Positions 1-10,645 are shown, numbered from the stretch's first letter. The stretch is 64,000 nucleotides of DNA from Candidatus Latescibacterota bacterium (GCA_963707635.1 OY970173.1:192001-256000); one strand, 5' to 3'. Notes: a model not told the origin generated them from the sequence alone. Program-made: numbers and translations.

Positions 1-486
1 CAGGTTCTCGGCGTCGCGCTCCTCTTTCTTGCCTTCCTGATCCCGGTGGCGCGCAAACGCGGTTTCCTCCTCGAAGTACAACTCGTAGGTGAGGAACAGG
101 TCGTTGATCGCATCGAGCAGGTCTTCCAGCGCTTCCTTGGCGGGATCGCCCCACACCGCGAGCGCACCTTGCTGGGCGAGCAGGAGATCTCCCCGGGCAT
201 TGCCGACTCTAACCAGACGCCTCTGGTACGATTGAGCTTCGACATGAACTTTGAATTCTTCGAGACCCGTGGCCGGCGTTTGCGTGACGCCTTCCACCGG
301 AAAGATGAATCGGCCTCGCGCCTCGATCACCGCCTCGCGCACCGCGTAGAGCGTCTGAAGGACCTTGAGCGCGCTCTGATACTCGGTGGTTCCCCTCAAT
401 TGGCGACGCCACGCATTCACACCCAGGAATGCGACGACCGCCGCGGCGAGCGCGGAGACACTGACAATGAGATCGTCTGCCGACAC
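1..486 (-). CDS. hypothetical protein with N-terminal TM helix (3' end runs off window)
   Basis: Manual translation from GTG at 486 is open to base 1: VSADDLIVSVSALAAAVVAFLGVNAWRRQLRGTTEYQSALKVL...; absent from ORF track because it has no stop in the window. Confidence 0.6.
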   Translation of the reverse strand, partial: MSADDLIVSVSALAAAVVAFLGVNAWRRQLRGTTEYQSALKVLQTLYAVREAVIEARGRFIFPVEGVTQTPATGLEEFKVHVEAQSYQRRLVRVGNARGDLLLAQQGALAVWGDPAKEALEDLLDAINDLFLTYELYFEEETAFARHRDQEGKKEERDAENL

Positions 487-664
487 AGTGGACTGATCGC
501 CCCCATACCGGAAAGTTGTATGGCCGTGCCGGGCTCGACAAGTGTGATTCGGGCGCGCGTGTGCCTCGTGACGGCCGCGCGGATACCATCCGCCCTCCTG
601 GGGAACAACTGGGAATACGCGCAAGAGAGAAAAGGCACGATTGATGCAACCGCGGGGTCGCCAC

Positions 665-1252
665 ATGGAATCCGTCTATTCAAACTGGAAGGCGCTGCGA
701 AACGGCGTGATCGTCTCGGTCATCGTGCTCTACCTGGTGGAACCGACGATGAGGCTGGCCCTCGACGTGATCCCCGAGTTCGGCGGCCGCTTCTATCAGA
801 TGGTCTGGGACCGGGCCGCTCGACAGGCCGCGCTCGGCGGACAGTATCTGGACTTCGCTCTGCTCGCGGTCGCGTTCTCGGCCGTGGTGGGAGCCGTCAT
901 CGCGCGCTTCGCCGCCGACGCCGGGTTCACCCGCATCTTCCGACGCAGGGGACGAAAGACCACTGCATCCGCGTCCGGGTGGTCGGATCCGAGATTCGTG
1001 CTCCTGCTCTTCATCCTGGCCACACCCGCGGCGGCCACCACTCTGCTGGTGGATTTTGCAGCCCAGCAAATGAAGCTTTCGTTCCATCAGCGGCTCGCGG
1101 TGCTGGCGCCGGCGGTGTCGGAGGAATCGGAGGAGATCCTGCGGGCGAAGTTTGCGGGTCTGCGCGATCTCAGCGACTACCACAGCTTGAATGCCGACCT
1201 CGACCGGCTGGCCCGCGAAATGAACGTCGAAATCCCCGCGCCCTTGCTGTAG
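665..1252 (+). CDS. hypothetical membrane protein
   Basis: ORF 641..1252; about three hydrophobic segments; ATG at 665 chosen as start. Confidence 0.6.
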   Translation: MESVYSNWKALRNGVIVSVIVLYLVEPTMRLALDVIPEFGGRFYQMVWDRAARQAALGGQYLDFALLAVAFSAVVGAVIARFAADAGFTRIFRRRGRKTTASASGWSDPRFVLLLFILATPAAATTLLVDFAAQQMKLSFHQRLAVLAPAVSEESEEILRAKFAGLRDLSDYHSLNADLDRLAREMNVEIPAPLL

Positions 1253-1262
1253 TTCTCGCGGA

Positions 1263-3599
1263 TCAGAACACGTTTTCGGTCGTCCGTTTCAGCTCACGCG
1301 AGTGCCGGTAGAGCTCTTCTGGAGTCATCTTCTTCAGGAAGACCATGCCGCGAGTCGCCCGAATCAGCGCGCTGGGGTGCTCATAGAAGTGCTCGCTCCC
1401 CAGGCAGGTCTTGATCATTTCGTATTGCTCCACCTGGATGCGCTGGGCCAGCTCGGAAAACGGCCCATCGTGTTCGTAGCTCGGGAACGATGCGTCTTTC
1501 TGCGAGACGAACGTGTTCATGAAGGCGCTGTGCTGGAGCGCGAACATGTTGAGCGAAACCGGGACGAACAGGTCCGCCTCGGCGGGGTGGAAGCGGTACC
1601 AGACATTCCGATAGCCGAGGATTGTGATCTCACTCGCTCCGGTTTCCTCCTCGTACAACTTGAGCGATTCGCTGAGCGCCTGGAGTGCCTTGTAGTGGGT
1701 GTCGGGCCCGCTCGCCTCCGGGTCCAAAGCCAGCGTGATCACGTCGGGCTTCACTTCGCGCAGGAGCTCGAGAATCGGCGGCACGTCCCGATCGCGCGTC
1801 GGTTCGTCGGTGAAGATATCGCCGGTGTAGAATCCCAGGCGCAGGTGCCGGACCGACTCGCCTCTCCAGCCGAAGTATCCCCAGAGGCACTCGGCCTCCC
1901 ACTCCCGGCACATCCCCTTGAGCCTCTGAATATGATCGAGGTCCTTCTGGCCCGGGTATTCGGTCTCGAAGTAATAGATCAACTCGTCGACGCGGTCCTT
2001 GATGCTCGCGGAATCGGTCTCGTCGTAGACCTCTACCAGGTTGCGGTAGAGCCTTCGCATTTCGCCATCGTCGCGTTTCGCCCGCAGGCCGGCCGCCACC
2101 CCGTCCAGGTATTGCCACACGTCGCCGTTGCGGAACGCGCCGTCGGCCGGGTCGAAGTAGCCGTCCGCCGCGAGCGCCGCGAAGGCCTCGGAGTCGATGA
2201 ACTCCTTGAGCTTTCTTACCTGCCGGAGCATGTACGCGTTGGTCACGGCGGTGAAGCCGCTGGTGAGCGCCGAGAAGTAATGACGCGTGCTGTGCTCCCG
2301 GATGTGGCGCACGATCAGCGGCAGGCACCCCAGGATGAGGTCGTCGTGGTGCGGTTCGGTGTGGAGAAAGACGGCCTTCTTGAACGTCCGGGTGCCTGCT
2401 TCCATCTTCTTCTGGAGACGCCGGGCGACGCGGTCGCACACGCCGCGCACGTCGCCGATCCCCTTCTTCAGCAGCGCCGCGGTGACCGGGTGCTCGCGAA
2501 AATCGTCCTCGGTGAGGAACGCGATACGCGTCTGCCTCGCCAGCGAGAGGTCGATCACCGCCCGCTCGATCTGGGGTTCCTCGACTCCGTCCGATGCGAC
2601 CAGCGCGGCCAGCTGGCGGGCTTCCAGGCTCCGGGCCGCTCCGCGCGTGAGGTAGAAGCGCGCGTTGGGCAGCGCCTGCAGCGCCGAGGCGGGGTAGCGG
2701 ATGTGCCGCTGGTTCTGAATCGCGTCGCGCACGATCCCGGCCTTGGCCTCGCCGGCGGCGATGACGATGGCCGTGCACTCGGGATTGTAGGTGATCGTCG
2801 CCAGACCCACCGTGATCACGAGACGTTTTCGCGCCACCTCGATCCCGCCGAGATCCGCCGCGGCGGCAGCCTGGGTCTCGTAGTTCACCGCGCTCAACCG
2901 CGTGGTGGAATACAGATCCGATCCCCGCACGTTGAAGCCGATGTGGCCGTCCGGTCCAATGCCGCCCAGGAAGAATCCGATGCCGCCGAGGTTGCGGATG
3001 CGCTCTTCGTATTCGGTGCACCACTCGTCGATCTGCTGGATGACTTCTTTCTGAATCTCCTCGCGATTCGAGTTGGCCAGGCGGTAGCGCAGGCTCAAGT
3101 CCACTTCGTCGTCGGGCCAGACATCCCCCAGGCTCCGGCCCGGGGGCAGTCCGATGCGGCTGCCGTCGATCAGAAGCGCGCGGGCGGGATCCAGCCCGAA
3201 GCCTTCAATGTAGTAGCGGCTGACGTAGTAATGGAAGCTGTTGTGGTGCAGCGGATTCATGGGGTAGAACTCGTCGATCTGCACGAAACGGAGCCCCTTC
3301 AAGATGCACGCCGCGCCCGGGTCCACGCTTCGCTCCGCCAGTTCGCGCTGGATGGCCGGCTGCTCCCAGCCCTTCAGAAAGCGCTTCACCTCCTTGATAA
3401 AGTACTCCGGGGTCTTGCCGGTCGGCAGTGCGACGACGCCTTCCGGGTTCTGCTGCACCCATTCGATGAAACGCAGCGCGGCGAGCGTCCCGAGGTCGGG
3501 AAAGGAATCCACGACGATCACGCCGCACTTTTCGGACGGGGCGTAGGTGAGACGCTCCCCCGTCGACTCCAGCGCTCGTTGTTCAACCCGTGAGTTCAT
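1263..3599 (-). CDS. nagB: glucosamine-6-phosphate deaminase, long form fused to a PIG-L/LmbE-like domain
   Basis: LPTGKTP, QIDEF, GGIGPDGHIGFN NagB motifs; C-terminal EPHHDD PIG-L-type motif. Confidence 0.88.
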   Translation of the reverse strand: MNSRVEQRALESTGERLTYAPSEKCGVIVVDSFPDLGTLAALRFIEWVQQNPEGVVALPTGKTPEYFIKEVKRFLKGWEQPAIQRELAERSVDPGAACILKGLRFVQIDEFYPMNPLHHNSFHYYVSRYYIEGFGLDPARALLIDGSRIGLPPGRSLGDVWPDDEVDLSLRYRLANSNREEIQKEVIQQIDEWCTEYEERIRNLGGIGFFLGGIGPDGHIGFNVRGSDLYSTTRLSAVNYETQAAAAADLGGIEVARKRLVITVGLATITYNPECTAIVIAAGEAKAGIVRDAIQNQRHIRYPASALQALPNARFYLTRGAARSLEARQLAALVASDGVEEPQIERAVIDLSLARQTRIAFLTEDDFREHPVTAALLKKGIGDVRGVCDRVARRLQKKMEAGTRTFKKAVFLHTEPHHDDLILGCLPLIVRHIREHSTRHYFSALTSGFTAVTNAYMLRQVRKLKEFIDSEAFAALAADGYFDPADGAFRNGDVWQYLDGVAAGLRAKRDDGEMRRLYRNLVEVYDETDSASIKDRVDELIYYFETEYPGQKDLDHIQRLKGMCREWEAECLWGYFGWRGESVRHLRLGFYTGDIFTDEPTRDRDVPPILELLREVKPDVITLALDPEASGPDTHYKALQALSESLKLYEEETGASEITILGYRNVWYRFHPAEADLFVPVSLNMFALQHSAFMNTFVSQKDASFPSYEHDGPFSELAQRIQVEQYEMIKTCLGSEHFYEHPSALIRATRGMVFLKKMTPEELYRHSRELKRTTENVF

Positions 3600-3884
3600 G
3601 GCTCCTTTCGCCGGGCATCTTAGCAGGAACTCCGCGGCGACTCACCCACGGGTTGCGTGGTCGCGGGGCGCCGGCGGGCGCGACACGATTTCCCGTGGCC
3701 GCGGCCACGTGGTTAGGCTATAGTCGGGCTTCCGGCTTCGGGGCGTCGCCTCTGGGTGCGCCCCGGTTCCGTGCCGGCGACCCTCCCAGCCCCGCTCCGC
3801 ATCCCTGGAGGCTTACGTTGAGACACGACCGCCGTGTCGGCCGGGAGCATGCGCGGCCCTTACACATGGACAGCTTTACTGGTG

Positions 3885-5033
3885 ATGCCTGACCGATCCA
3901 CACAAGGTACGAAGCCCGGCCCGCGACCGCCGGACCCCACGCCCGGCACCGCCTCCGGAGTCCTGGAGGTGGTCGAGCGGCGCGGTGGTTTCCTGCGCAG
4001 CGCCGAACGCTCGTTCCACCCGGATCCCGGCGATGCGTTCGTGTCGCCGCAGCTAATCAGTCAGTTCGGGCTGGTTACCGGGGCGGTGGTGTGCGGCCCC
4101 GTCCAGGCGGCGAAGCCGAGCCCGAAGCTCACTGACGTCCAGAGCGTGTGCGGATTATCGCCCGAGGCCTACCGCGGGCGAACGCCGTTCGTCCAGCTGC
4201 AGGCGATCAACCCCGACCGGCGTTTCCATCTCGGCGTCGGCGGCAATCCCTCCATGCGTATCGTGGACCTGGTCGCCCCCGTCGGCCGGGGCACGCGCGG
4301 GCTCATCGTCGCCCCGCCCAAGACCGGCAAGACGCGCCTGCTGGAAGAACTCACCATCGCCATCCACGCCGACGCGCCGGAGGCGCGCATCGTGGTTCTT
4401 CTGATCGACGAGCGCCCGGAAGAAGTGACGCATTTTCGCCGCCAGGTGCCCGCCGAGGTGCTGGCCAGCAGCAGCGACCAGGCCGTCGAAAAACACGTCC
4501 ACCTCGCCAACATGTGCATGGCCCAGGTCCGTTGCGAACTGGAGTGCGGCCACGAAGTGGTCGTGATGGTGGACAGCATCACCCGCATGGGGCGCGCGTT
4601 CAACCAGCACGGCTCGGGATCGGGGCGAACCATGAGCGGCGGGCTGGATTCGCGGGCGCTGGAGATCCCGCGCAAGTTCTTCGGAATGGCGCGCAACGTG
4701 GAAAACGGCGGCTCCATCACCGTGATCGCCAGCGCGCTGATCGAGACCGGCTCGCGCATGGACGACATGATCTTCGAAGAGTTCAAGGGGACGGGCAACA
4801 GTGAGATCGTCCTGGACCGGTCGCTGGCGGACTCACGGGTGTTTCCCGCGATCAACCTCCGCGGAACCGGGACCCGCCGCGACGAGCTCCTCTATTCCGC
4901 CGCGGAGATGAACGCGATCAACAAGCTGCGCCGCCGGATTCTGGACATGCCCCCGCCGCAGGCCATCGAAACCCTGCTCAAACTGCTGGAACAATTCCCG
5001 ACCAACGAGGACCTGCTGAAGAGCCTCGCGTGA
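3885..5033 (+). CDS. rho: transcription termination factor Rho (short N-terminus)
   Basis: GFLRS RNA-binding domain, APPKTGKT Walker A, LIDERPEEVT, DSITR, FEEFKGTGNSE; start uncertain (3834 or 3885). Confidence 0.93.
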   Translation: MPDRSTQGTKPGPRPPDPTPGTASGVLEVVERRGGFLRSAERSFHPDPGDAFVSPQLISQFGLVTGAVVCGPVQAAKPSPKLTDVQSVCGLSPEAYRGRTPFVQLQAINPDRRFHLGVGGNPSMRIVDLVAPVGRGTRGLIVAPPKTGKTRLLEELTIAIHADAPEARIVVLLIDERPEEVTHFRRQVPAEVLASSSDQAVEKHVHLANMCMAQVRCELECGHEVVVMVDSITRMGRAFNQHGSGSGRTMSGGLDSRALEIPRKFFGMARNVENGGSITVIASALIETGSRMDDMIFEEFKGTGNSEIVLDRSLADSRVFPAINLRGTGTRRDELLYSAAEMNAINKLRRRILDMPPPQAIETLLKLLEQFPTNEDLLKSLA

Positions 5034-5084
5034 GCGGGCGCTGGAGAAAGCTCAAGGGTAGGCACCTGCAGGCGTCGCCCCGGA

Positions 5085-6170
5085 TCACGTTCCCAGCGGA
5101 TCGGTCTGCGTCTGCTCCCGGGCGTCGAAGCAGATGTTGCATACGCGGTTGAAGGCCCGGAAGCCGGACATCTCCACGTCCGGCGACAGGAATCCATCGT
5201 GCACCGGCTCGTCGCGCAACAGGTCGGTGCTCAAGTACTTCTTGTTGTCGTCGGGCAGCACGGTCACCACCACCGCATCCGCTCCCATCTCGTTCTGTAT
5301 CTTCAGCGCTCCCAGAAAATTGGCTCCGGACGAGATACCCACCCCCAGCCCGGCCTCGCTCGCGAGCTTGCGAGCCATCAGGATCGCGTCGCCGTCGTCG
5401 ACGCTCACCACGTCGTCCAGCTCCGAGAGGTCGACGATGGGCGGGATGAATTCGTCGGAGACACCCTGGATGCGGTGCGTGCCGACGCGGTGTCCGGTGG
5501 AAAGCGTGGGAGAGTTCGCCGGCTCCAGCGGGTGAGCCTTCACGCCGGGATGGCGGCGCTTCAGGTAGCGGCCGGCGCCCATGATGGTTCCCCCGGTACC
5601 GACACCGGCCACGATCGCGTCCGGCCGCAGCCCGTGGGCCTCGAGCTGAAACGAGATCTCCGGCCCCGTGCCGAGCCCGTGTGCTTCCACGTTGTGCTGG
5701 TTGGAGAACTGACTCGGCAGGAACCCGTTCGCCATTGATTCACCCAGCGCCTCCGCCCGCTCGATACTTCCGCGGAAGCCGCCCTCCTCCCGGCTGACCA
5801 GGTGAATCTCCGCTCCGTAGGCCCGGATCAGGTTGATACGCTCGACACTCATCCAGTCGGGCATGAAGATGTGGACCGGATGGCCCATCGCGCGTCCGAT
5901 TCCCGCGAACGCGATGCCCGTGTTCCCGCTGGTGGCTTCTATGATGGCGTCGCCTGGAGCGAGGCGGCCGGTCTCGTACGCGCGCCGGATGATGTGGAGC
6001 GCCATCCGGTCCTTGATGCTCCCGGTCATGTTGAGGTTTTCCGCCTTCGCATACAGAACGCGCCGCTCACCGCGAAAGCGAAATTCGAGCGCGAGCAGGG
6101 GCGTATTGCCCACGAGCCGGCTTAGTCCGAGAAGACGCCGCTCGATGTCCCCGCCGATGTCCAAGGTCAT
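5085..6170 (-). CDS. PLP-dependent cysteine synthase family protein
   Basis: [14 protein letters not shown] (PLP lysine), [22 protein letters not shown]. Confidence 0.9.
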   Translation of the reverse strand: MTLDIGGDIERRLLGLSRLVGNTPLLALEFRFRGERRVLYAKAENLNMTGSIKDRMALHIIRRAYETGRLAPGDAIIEATSGNTGIAFAGIGRAMGHPVHIFMPDWMSVERINLIRAYGAEIHLVSREEGGFRGSIERAEALGESMANGFLPSQFSNQHNVEAHGLGTGPEISFQLEAHGLRPDAIVAGVGTGGTIMGAGRYLKRRHPGVKAHPLEPANSPTLSTGHRVGTHRIQGVSDEFIPPIVDLSELDDVVSVDDGDAILMARKLASEAGLGVGISSGANFLGALKIQNEMGADAVVVTVLPDDNKKYLSTDLLRDEPVHDGFLSPDVEMSGFRAFNRVCNICFDAREQTQTDPLGT

Positions 6171-6212
6171 GTCTGTCTCCAGCTCGGCTTGCGCTATTGT
6201 AGACCCGCTGGC

Positions 6213-8252
6213 CTACCGCAGCACGACGAACTTCTGCGTGACCGCGCCCTGCCCACTCTCCAGACGGAGGAAATACGCGCCCGAAGCGAGCCGCGAGGTG
6301 TCCATGGTCTCGAACCGGACTCCGGCTCCGGTTGACGAGGACAAATACGAAAGTACCGGACGCCCTCTGACGTCGTACACGTGCACGACCACCGCGCCGC
6401 CGTCGCCAACCGCGTATTCCAGCGACAGGGCGTTCTTGGTCGGGTTGGGCGCGAGCGTCAAGATGACGGGTTGTGCCGGCACCTGCGAAGCGGCCACCGA
6501 GTCGACTTCCTCGTGGAGAATCCACTGGTCCGGATCGATGGTAATGGTCTTCGGGCGGGATGACACCATGATCTCGAAGACCTGAGTCCGCTGGCTGTTG
6601 CGGACACGTACGCGCTCCTCCCCATCCACGGTCCGAACCGAAATATCCAGCGGCATCTCGAAGACGGATACGTTGGACTGGGGCATTTCCTGCGTCTGCC
6701 AGACCGTGACCCACACCCGGTAGCCGGAGCCCTCCGGCAGCCAGCGGGCGCCGAGCCGGTATGACGGGTGGCCGGTGCCATCGGTCACCCATTGCTTGAA
6801 GAAGGCATCGAGATCGAGGCCGGATTCCGTCTCCGCAACCCGATGGAGATCGTCGGTCTCCGCCACACCGTAGCGCACGGATGGCTCCGAAGCCCAGGCT
6901 GAGAGGATGTCCCGGAACGCTTGCTCCCCGACGACCTGACGAAGCATGTGCAGAACGACCGCACCCTTCGCATAAACGCGCCTTCCGTCGAACATGTTGT
7001 TCACGCTGGTAGTATCCTGGAGCACCAGCGTCCCGCTCGCGTCAAGCGCCGTCCAGTAGCGTGATGCGAGCACCGCCTCCGCGTTGCCGGGGTACGCGGA
7101 CGCCCGCTCCTGCCAGTAGATGATCTCCGCGTACGTCGCCAGTCCTTCGTTCAACCACAGGTGCGGCCACTGCTTCGGCGAGATGCTGTCGCCGAACCAC
7201 TGGTGCGAAAGTTCGTGCGAGACCAGCCCCAGGGCCGAGCCACCGAGCGAAGCCATCGTCTGGTGCTCCATGCCACCGCCGAAGGTGAACTCGGCATGCC
7301 CGTATTTCTCATTGGGGAACGGATACGGCCCGAACCAGTCCTCGAACACGGCGAGCACGTCGGCCACGGACGCCCATCCGGCCGGCAGGGCCGAGTTGGT
7401 GTCGTTGTAGACGAGGTGAACGAGGGGCAATGAGAGCGGGCCGAAGCGGGCTTCGAGGGCGGCCGGCCGGTCGTAGGTCCCCTGATAGGTCACGTAATCG
7501 CCGATGGCAACGGAGACGAGATAGCTCGAAATCGGGTAATGCGACACCCACTCGTACGTCGTCATTCCCAGCGCGGAGGATTCGCGCTCCAGGACTCCCT
7601 GCGACCCGACCCGGTACAGCGACGGAACCGTGACCGAGACGCGGATGGAATCCGCCTTGTCGGAAGGATGGTCCTTGCACGGCCACCATTCGCGCGCCCC
7701 GTAGGGCTCCGAGAGACTCCACGCGAGCCGCTGGCCGTTGCGCGTCCCGAAGAAAAAGTTGCCAAGCCCGTCGACCAGCGGCCGGCCGCCATAGGTAACG
7801 TCGACAGTGACGAGGCCCCCCACGGCCACGGACCCACCGAGGTCGATGTTCAGCGCGGCGCCCGGGTGCGAGAAAGCGAGCGGGGTTCCGTCCGAACGCG
7901 CGACGGCGGTCACCACCATCGAGGGGGCGAGGTCGAGCGTCATCGCGGACATCGGGGAACCCACCACGGTGCCGGCGACGCGCACCACACCCGCGATCGT
8001 ATCCGTGGTGAAGTCGGGCGCGATGCGCAGGTGATAGAAGGTGACGTCCAGGTTGGGGCTCGCGACAGACGCGGGGCTTCGGTGCGCGCGCGTCGCCAGG
8101 GTGGATTTGGCGGCCGCGCAACCGGCCGCGCCGTCCCCCGCGGCCTGGGGCACGGTCGGCCCGCCGGCGAGTTGAGCGTGGGGGGTCGCGGGCCAGAAGG
8201 AGCCCGCTGCCATCAGGGCCGTGATGACGGCGTGGTAAATGAAACGGTGCAT
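6213..8252 (-). CDS. secreted M1 family aminopeptidase with T9SS-type/FlgD C-terminal domain
   Basis: Signal peptide; GGMEH; HELSH...NEG zinc motif; C-terminus APNP...YDVRGR...GAYFLRL...KFVVLR. Confidence 0.88.
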   Translation of the reverse strand: MHRFIYHAVITALMAAGSFWPATPHAQLAGGPTVPQAAGDGAAGCAAAKSTLATRAHRSPASVASPNLDVTFYHLRIAPDFTTDTIAGVVRVAGTVVGSPMSAMTLDLAPSMVVTAVARSDGTPLAFSHPGAALNIDLGGSVAVGGLVTVDVTYGGRPLVDGLGNFFFGTRNGQRLAWSLSEPYGAREWWPCKDHPSDKADSIRVSVTVPSLYRVGSQGVLERESSALGMTTYEWVSHYPISSYLVSVAIGDYVTYQGTYDRPAALEARFGPLSLPLVHLVYNDTNSALPAGWASVADVLAVFEDWFGPYPFPNEKYGHAEFTFGGGMEHQTMASLGGSALGLVSHELSHQWFGDSISPKQWPHLWLNEGLATYAEIIYWQERASAYPGNAEAVLASRYWTALDASGTLVLQDTTSVNNMFDGRRVYAKGAVVLHMLRQVVGEQAFRDILSAWASEPSVRYGVAETDDLHRVAETESGLDLDAFFKQWVTDGTGHPSYRLGARWLPEGSGYRVWVTVWQTQEMPQSNVSVFEMPLDISVRTVDGEERVRVRNSQRTQVFEIMVSSRPKTITIDPDQWILHEEVDSVAASQVPAQPVILTLAPNPTKNALSLEYAVGDGGAVVVHVYDVRGRPVLSYLSSSTGAGVRFETMDTSRLASGAYFLRLESGQGAVTQKFVVLR

Positions 8253-8395
8253 GGAAGCAGCGGCTGCGACGCACTCATTATAGAAGCATCCGGGACCGGC
8301 GCGCAATCGCCGAACCCCGGGCCGACCGCCCGCTTTCTCACCACCGACCTCACGTCGGAATACGTGCGAATCAACGCGGACTACTCGACGTAGCG

Positions 8396-8854
8396 CTACC
8401 GGCCGACCGCCCGGCCCAGATCACGCTTCGGCCGACATATCGCCGCCAGGGTGGCGACGACCTGCACGTCCTGCTCACGCGAGTGAGCGTCCCGGGCGAT
8501 ATCGTCGAGCGAGACCATCCCGACCACGTGCCCATCGTTATCGACGACGGGCAGTCGCCGAATCCGCTTCACCGCCATGAGCCGCTCCACCGATTCGATG
8601 GAGTCCTGCGGCCGGGCCGCGACCACCTTCGTCGTCATCGCCTGATCCACATGGATCCCCCGCAGGGGAAGCCCTTCGTTGTGCGCAGCCACGCAGATGT
8701 CGCGATCGGTGACGATCCCGGCGAGGTGCCCGTCTCTCCCGATCACCGGGAGGACGCCGCAGTTCTTCTCGAGCATCAACTTCACGGCGGTGTCCAGCGT
8801 GTCGTTGGGGCGACACAACGCCACCGAGCGCGTCATGAGTTTATCGATACGCAT
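8396..8854 (-). CDS. CBS domain protein
   Basis: CBS pair (GVLPV...GIVTDRD; RRLPVVD...GMVSLDD). Confidence 0.88.
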   Translation of the reverse strand: MRIDKLMTRSVALCRPNDTLDTAVKLMLEKNCGVLPVIGRDGHLAGIVTDRDICVAAHNEGLPLRGIHVDQAMTTKVVAARPQDSIESVERLMAVKRIRRLPVVDNDGHVVGMVSLDDIARDAHSREQDVQVVATLAAICRPKRDLGRAVGR

Positions 8855-8855
8855 T

Positions 8856-9323
8856 TCAATTCCTGCCTTGCGCGGCCTGGTTCTCCCGGCGGCGCGAGTC
8901 CTGCGGCCACGCCAACCCAACCACGTGCTTCACGAAATCGGCCTCGGTCAGAATCCCGACCAGTCGGCCTCCCTCGACAACCGGCAAGCATCCGAGCTTG
9001 TTATCGAGCATGACCTGGCCGGCATCGGCGACGTCCATGTCGGGCTCGGCGGTTTCCGGATCCGCGATCATGATCGACCGCACATCCCGCCTCTTCAGCA
9101 GCTGTCTCATTTCCGCGAGCGGAAGATCCGCTGCCGCGTGAAGTACCTGTCGCACCAAGTCGCGGTGCGACACCAGGCCGACCACCATCTTCTCCTCGTC
9201 GACCACGGGCACGTGGCGAACATGAATGTCGTCCATCAAGTCCGCCAGGCGCGCCAGGTCTTCGCCGGGATGGATGCTATACACCCTCTCTGTCATCAGA
9301 TCGCTCACCAGCAACGTCGACAT
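8856..9323 (-). CDS. CBS domain protein (AcuB-like)
   Basis: RHVPVVD...GLVSHRD; GCLPVVE...GILTEAD. Confidence 0.88.
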   Translation of the reverse strand: MSTLLVSDLMTERVYSIHPGEDLARLADLMDDIHVRHVPVVDEEKMVVGLVSHRDLVRQVLHAAADLPLAEMRQLLKRRDVRSIMIADPETAEPDMDVADAGQVMLDNKLGCLPVVEGGRLVGILTEADFVKHVVGLAWPQDSRRRENQAAQGRN

Positions 9324-9349
9324 GACTCACCTCTATTGGGGCTGCGCGG

Positions 9350-9925
9350 TCACTCCTCCACGCCGGCATGGGAGCGACGGTGTTGTATCTCGACGGTTCG
9401 AGCCTGGGGTCCCTTTTCCCCCTCCTCCTCGGAAAAGGTCACCCGTGCGCCGATCTCGAGCCGATCGAACCCGTCCTCCAGGACGGCGTTTCTGTGAAAG
9501 TAGATCCGGCGTCCGTCCGCCGCTTCCAGAAAGCCGTAATCGGCTTCTGGATACAGGTTCGCCACCCGGCCAGCGGACGGAAGCTCGTGGTGTTTGACCG
9601 AGCCGCGCCGGCGGCGGTGTTGGTCCTCCAACCGCCGCCGGGCGGCGTCGAATGCGTCGCGGATGGCAATGAACACGTCCTCGTGGGCATGCTTCATCGC
9701 CGGATCCCGTCCGACGACGACCTCCGCGCCGGGTATCGTCATGTCGATTCGCACGTGAAACAGGCGCCCTTCGCGATGATAGCGATGCGGATTCTCGATG
9801 ATGACCCGGCAACTGGTGAGCTGGGGGACGAATCTTTCCAGCGCTTCGGCTCGCTCGCGGACGTATTTCGTCACGAGTTCGGCCTGCTCGACACCACGAT
9901 AGGTAACCTGCAACGGGATCTTCAT
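9350..9925 (-). CDS. HPF/RaiA ribosome hibernation domain fused to a cold-shock domain
   Basis: N-terminal S30EA-like fold (LQVTYR...AIRDAFDAARRRL); C-terminal YGFL...IYFHRNAV...GPQA CSD. Confidence 0.85.
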   Translation of the reverse strand: MKIPLQVTYRGVEQAELVTKYVRERAEALERFVPQLTSCRVIIENPHRYHREGRLFHVRIDMTIPGAEVVVGRDPAMKHAHEDVFIAIRDAFDAARRRLEDQHRRRRGSVKHHELPSAGRVANLYPEADYGFLEAADGRRIYFHRNAVLEDGFDRLEIGARVTFSEEEGEKGPQARTVEIQHRRSHAGVEE

Positions 9926-9944
9926 GACGGTCCCTCCGGAAGTC

Positions 9945-10385
9945 CTAGTTGATTGGAATCTCCTTGACCTGAGTTGGTTTGACCTTCGACTTCGTGATCA
10001 CCAGGTTGAGCATTCCATCGCGGAAGCTCGCCTGGATCTTCGACTCGTCGACTTCCTCCGGCATGGTGAAGCGACGGAGGAACTTCCCGTAGCTCAGTTC
10101 GCGCCGGTGGAACCTGACTCCCCGCTCTTCCTTCTCTTCTTTGCGTTCACCCTGGACGACGAGGACACCGTTCTCCATGTTCACCTTGACGTCCTCTTTC
10201 TTGATGTCCGGGAGTTCCATCCGGACCCGATACTCCTTCTCGTCCTCGCTGACGTTGCACGACGGCACCCAATCGGCGAGGTCACCATCCCACTTCGTGA
10301 GTCCGAACAGCCGGTTCACCCGAGTCTTGAGCTCGTCGATCTCCTGGAACGGATCCCATGTTTCCGACCTGCGTGTGAGTTGCAT
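9945..10385 (-). CDS. Hsp20/alpha-crystallin small heat shock protein
   Basis: ELPDIKKEDV, GERK, YGKFLRRF, DGML; AAGGAG RBS before ATG 10385. Confidence 0.92.
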   Translation of the reverse strand: MQLTRRSETWDPFQEIDELKTRVNRLFGLTKWDGDLADWVPSCNVSEDEKEYRVRMELPDIKKEDVKVNMENGVLVVQGERKEEKEERGVRFHRRELSYGKFLRRFTMPEEVDESKIQASFRDGMLNLVITKSKVKPTQVKEIPIN

Positions 10386-10645
10386 TGCAATCACTCCTTT
10401 CGTTTTCTGATGGGGCCCCGGGATCATGGCCGGGGCCTCGCTACTGATAATCTAATCAATAAACAGACAAAATGCTCTTTTAATTATGCCGACCGAGTGA
10501 TCCTCTCAACTTATTATGTTGCATTGCGATAACGATGATTTGTCGCTTAGAGCCGAAAAATGATGCACGTGCATCATGGCGGGCCCGGGCGGGAACGAGT
10601 ACCTATAAGAATGCAGGGTTATCTCGTTTCATAAGGAGGCACATC

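Noticed and set aside
46..1311. 421-aa + strand ORF
   Set aside because: Arg-rich composition; overlaps two better-supported genes (1-486 minus, 665-1252 plus).
1302..3593. Very long antisense ORFs (also 14604-16229, 16184-17878, 23311-25125, 47670-49943, 59026-60864)
   Set aside because: They shadow motif-supported genes on the other strand, as expected from high-GC codon bias; no recognisable motifs.
10560..10577. FNR/FixK box
   Set aside because: TGAT-N8-ATCA spacing differs from TTGAT-N4-ATCAA; kept only as an unassigned palindrome.
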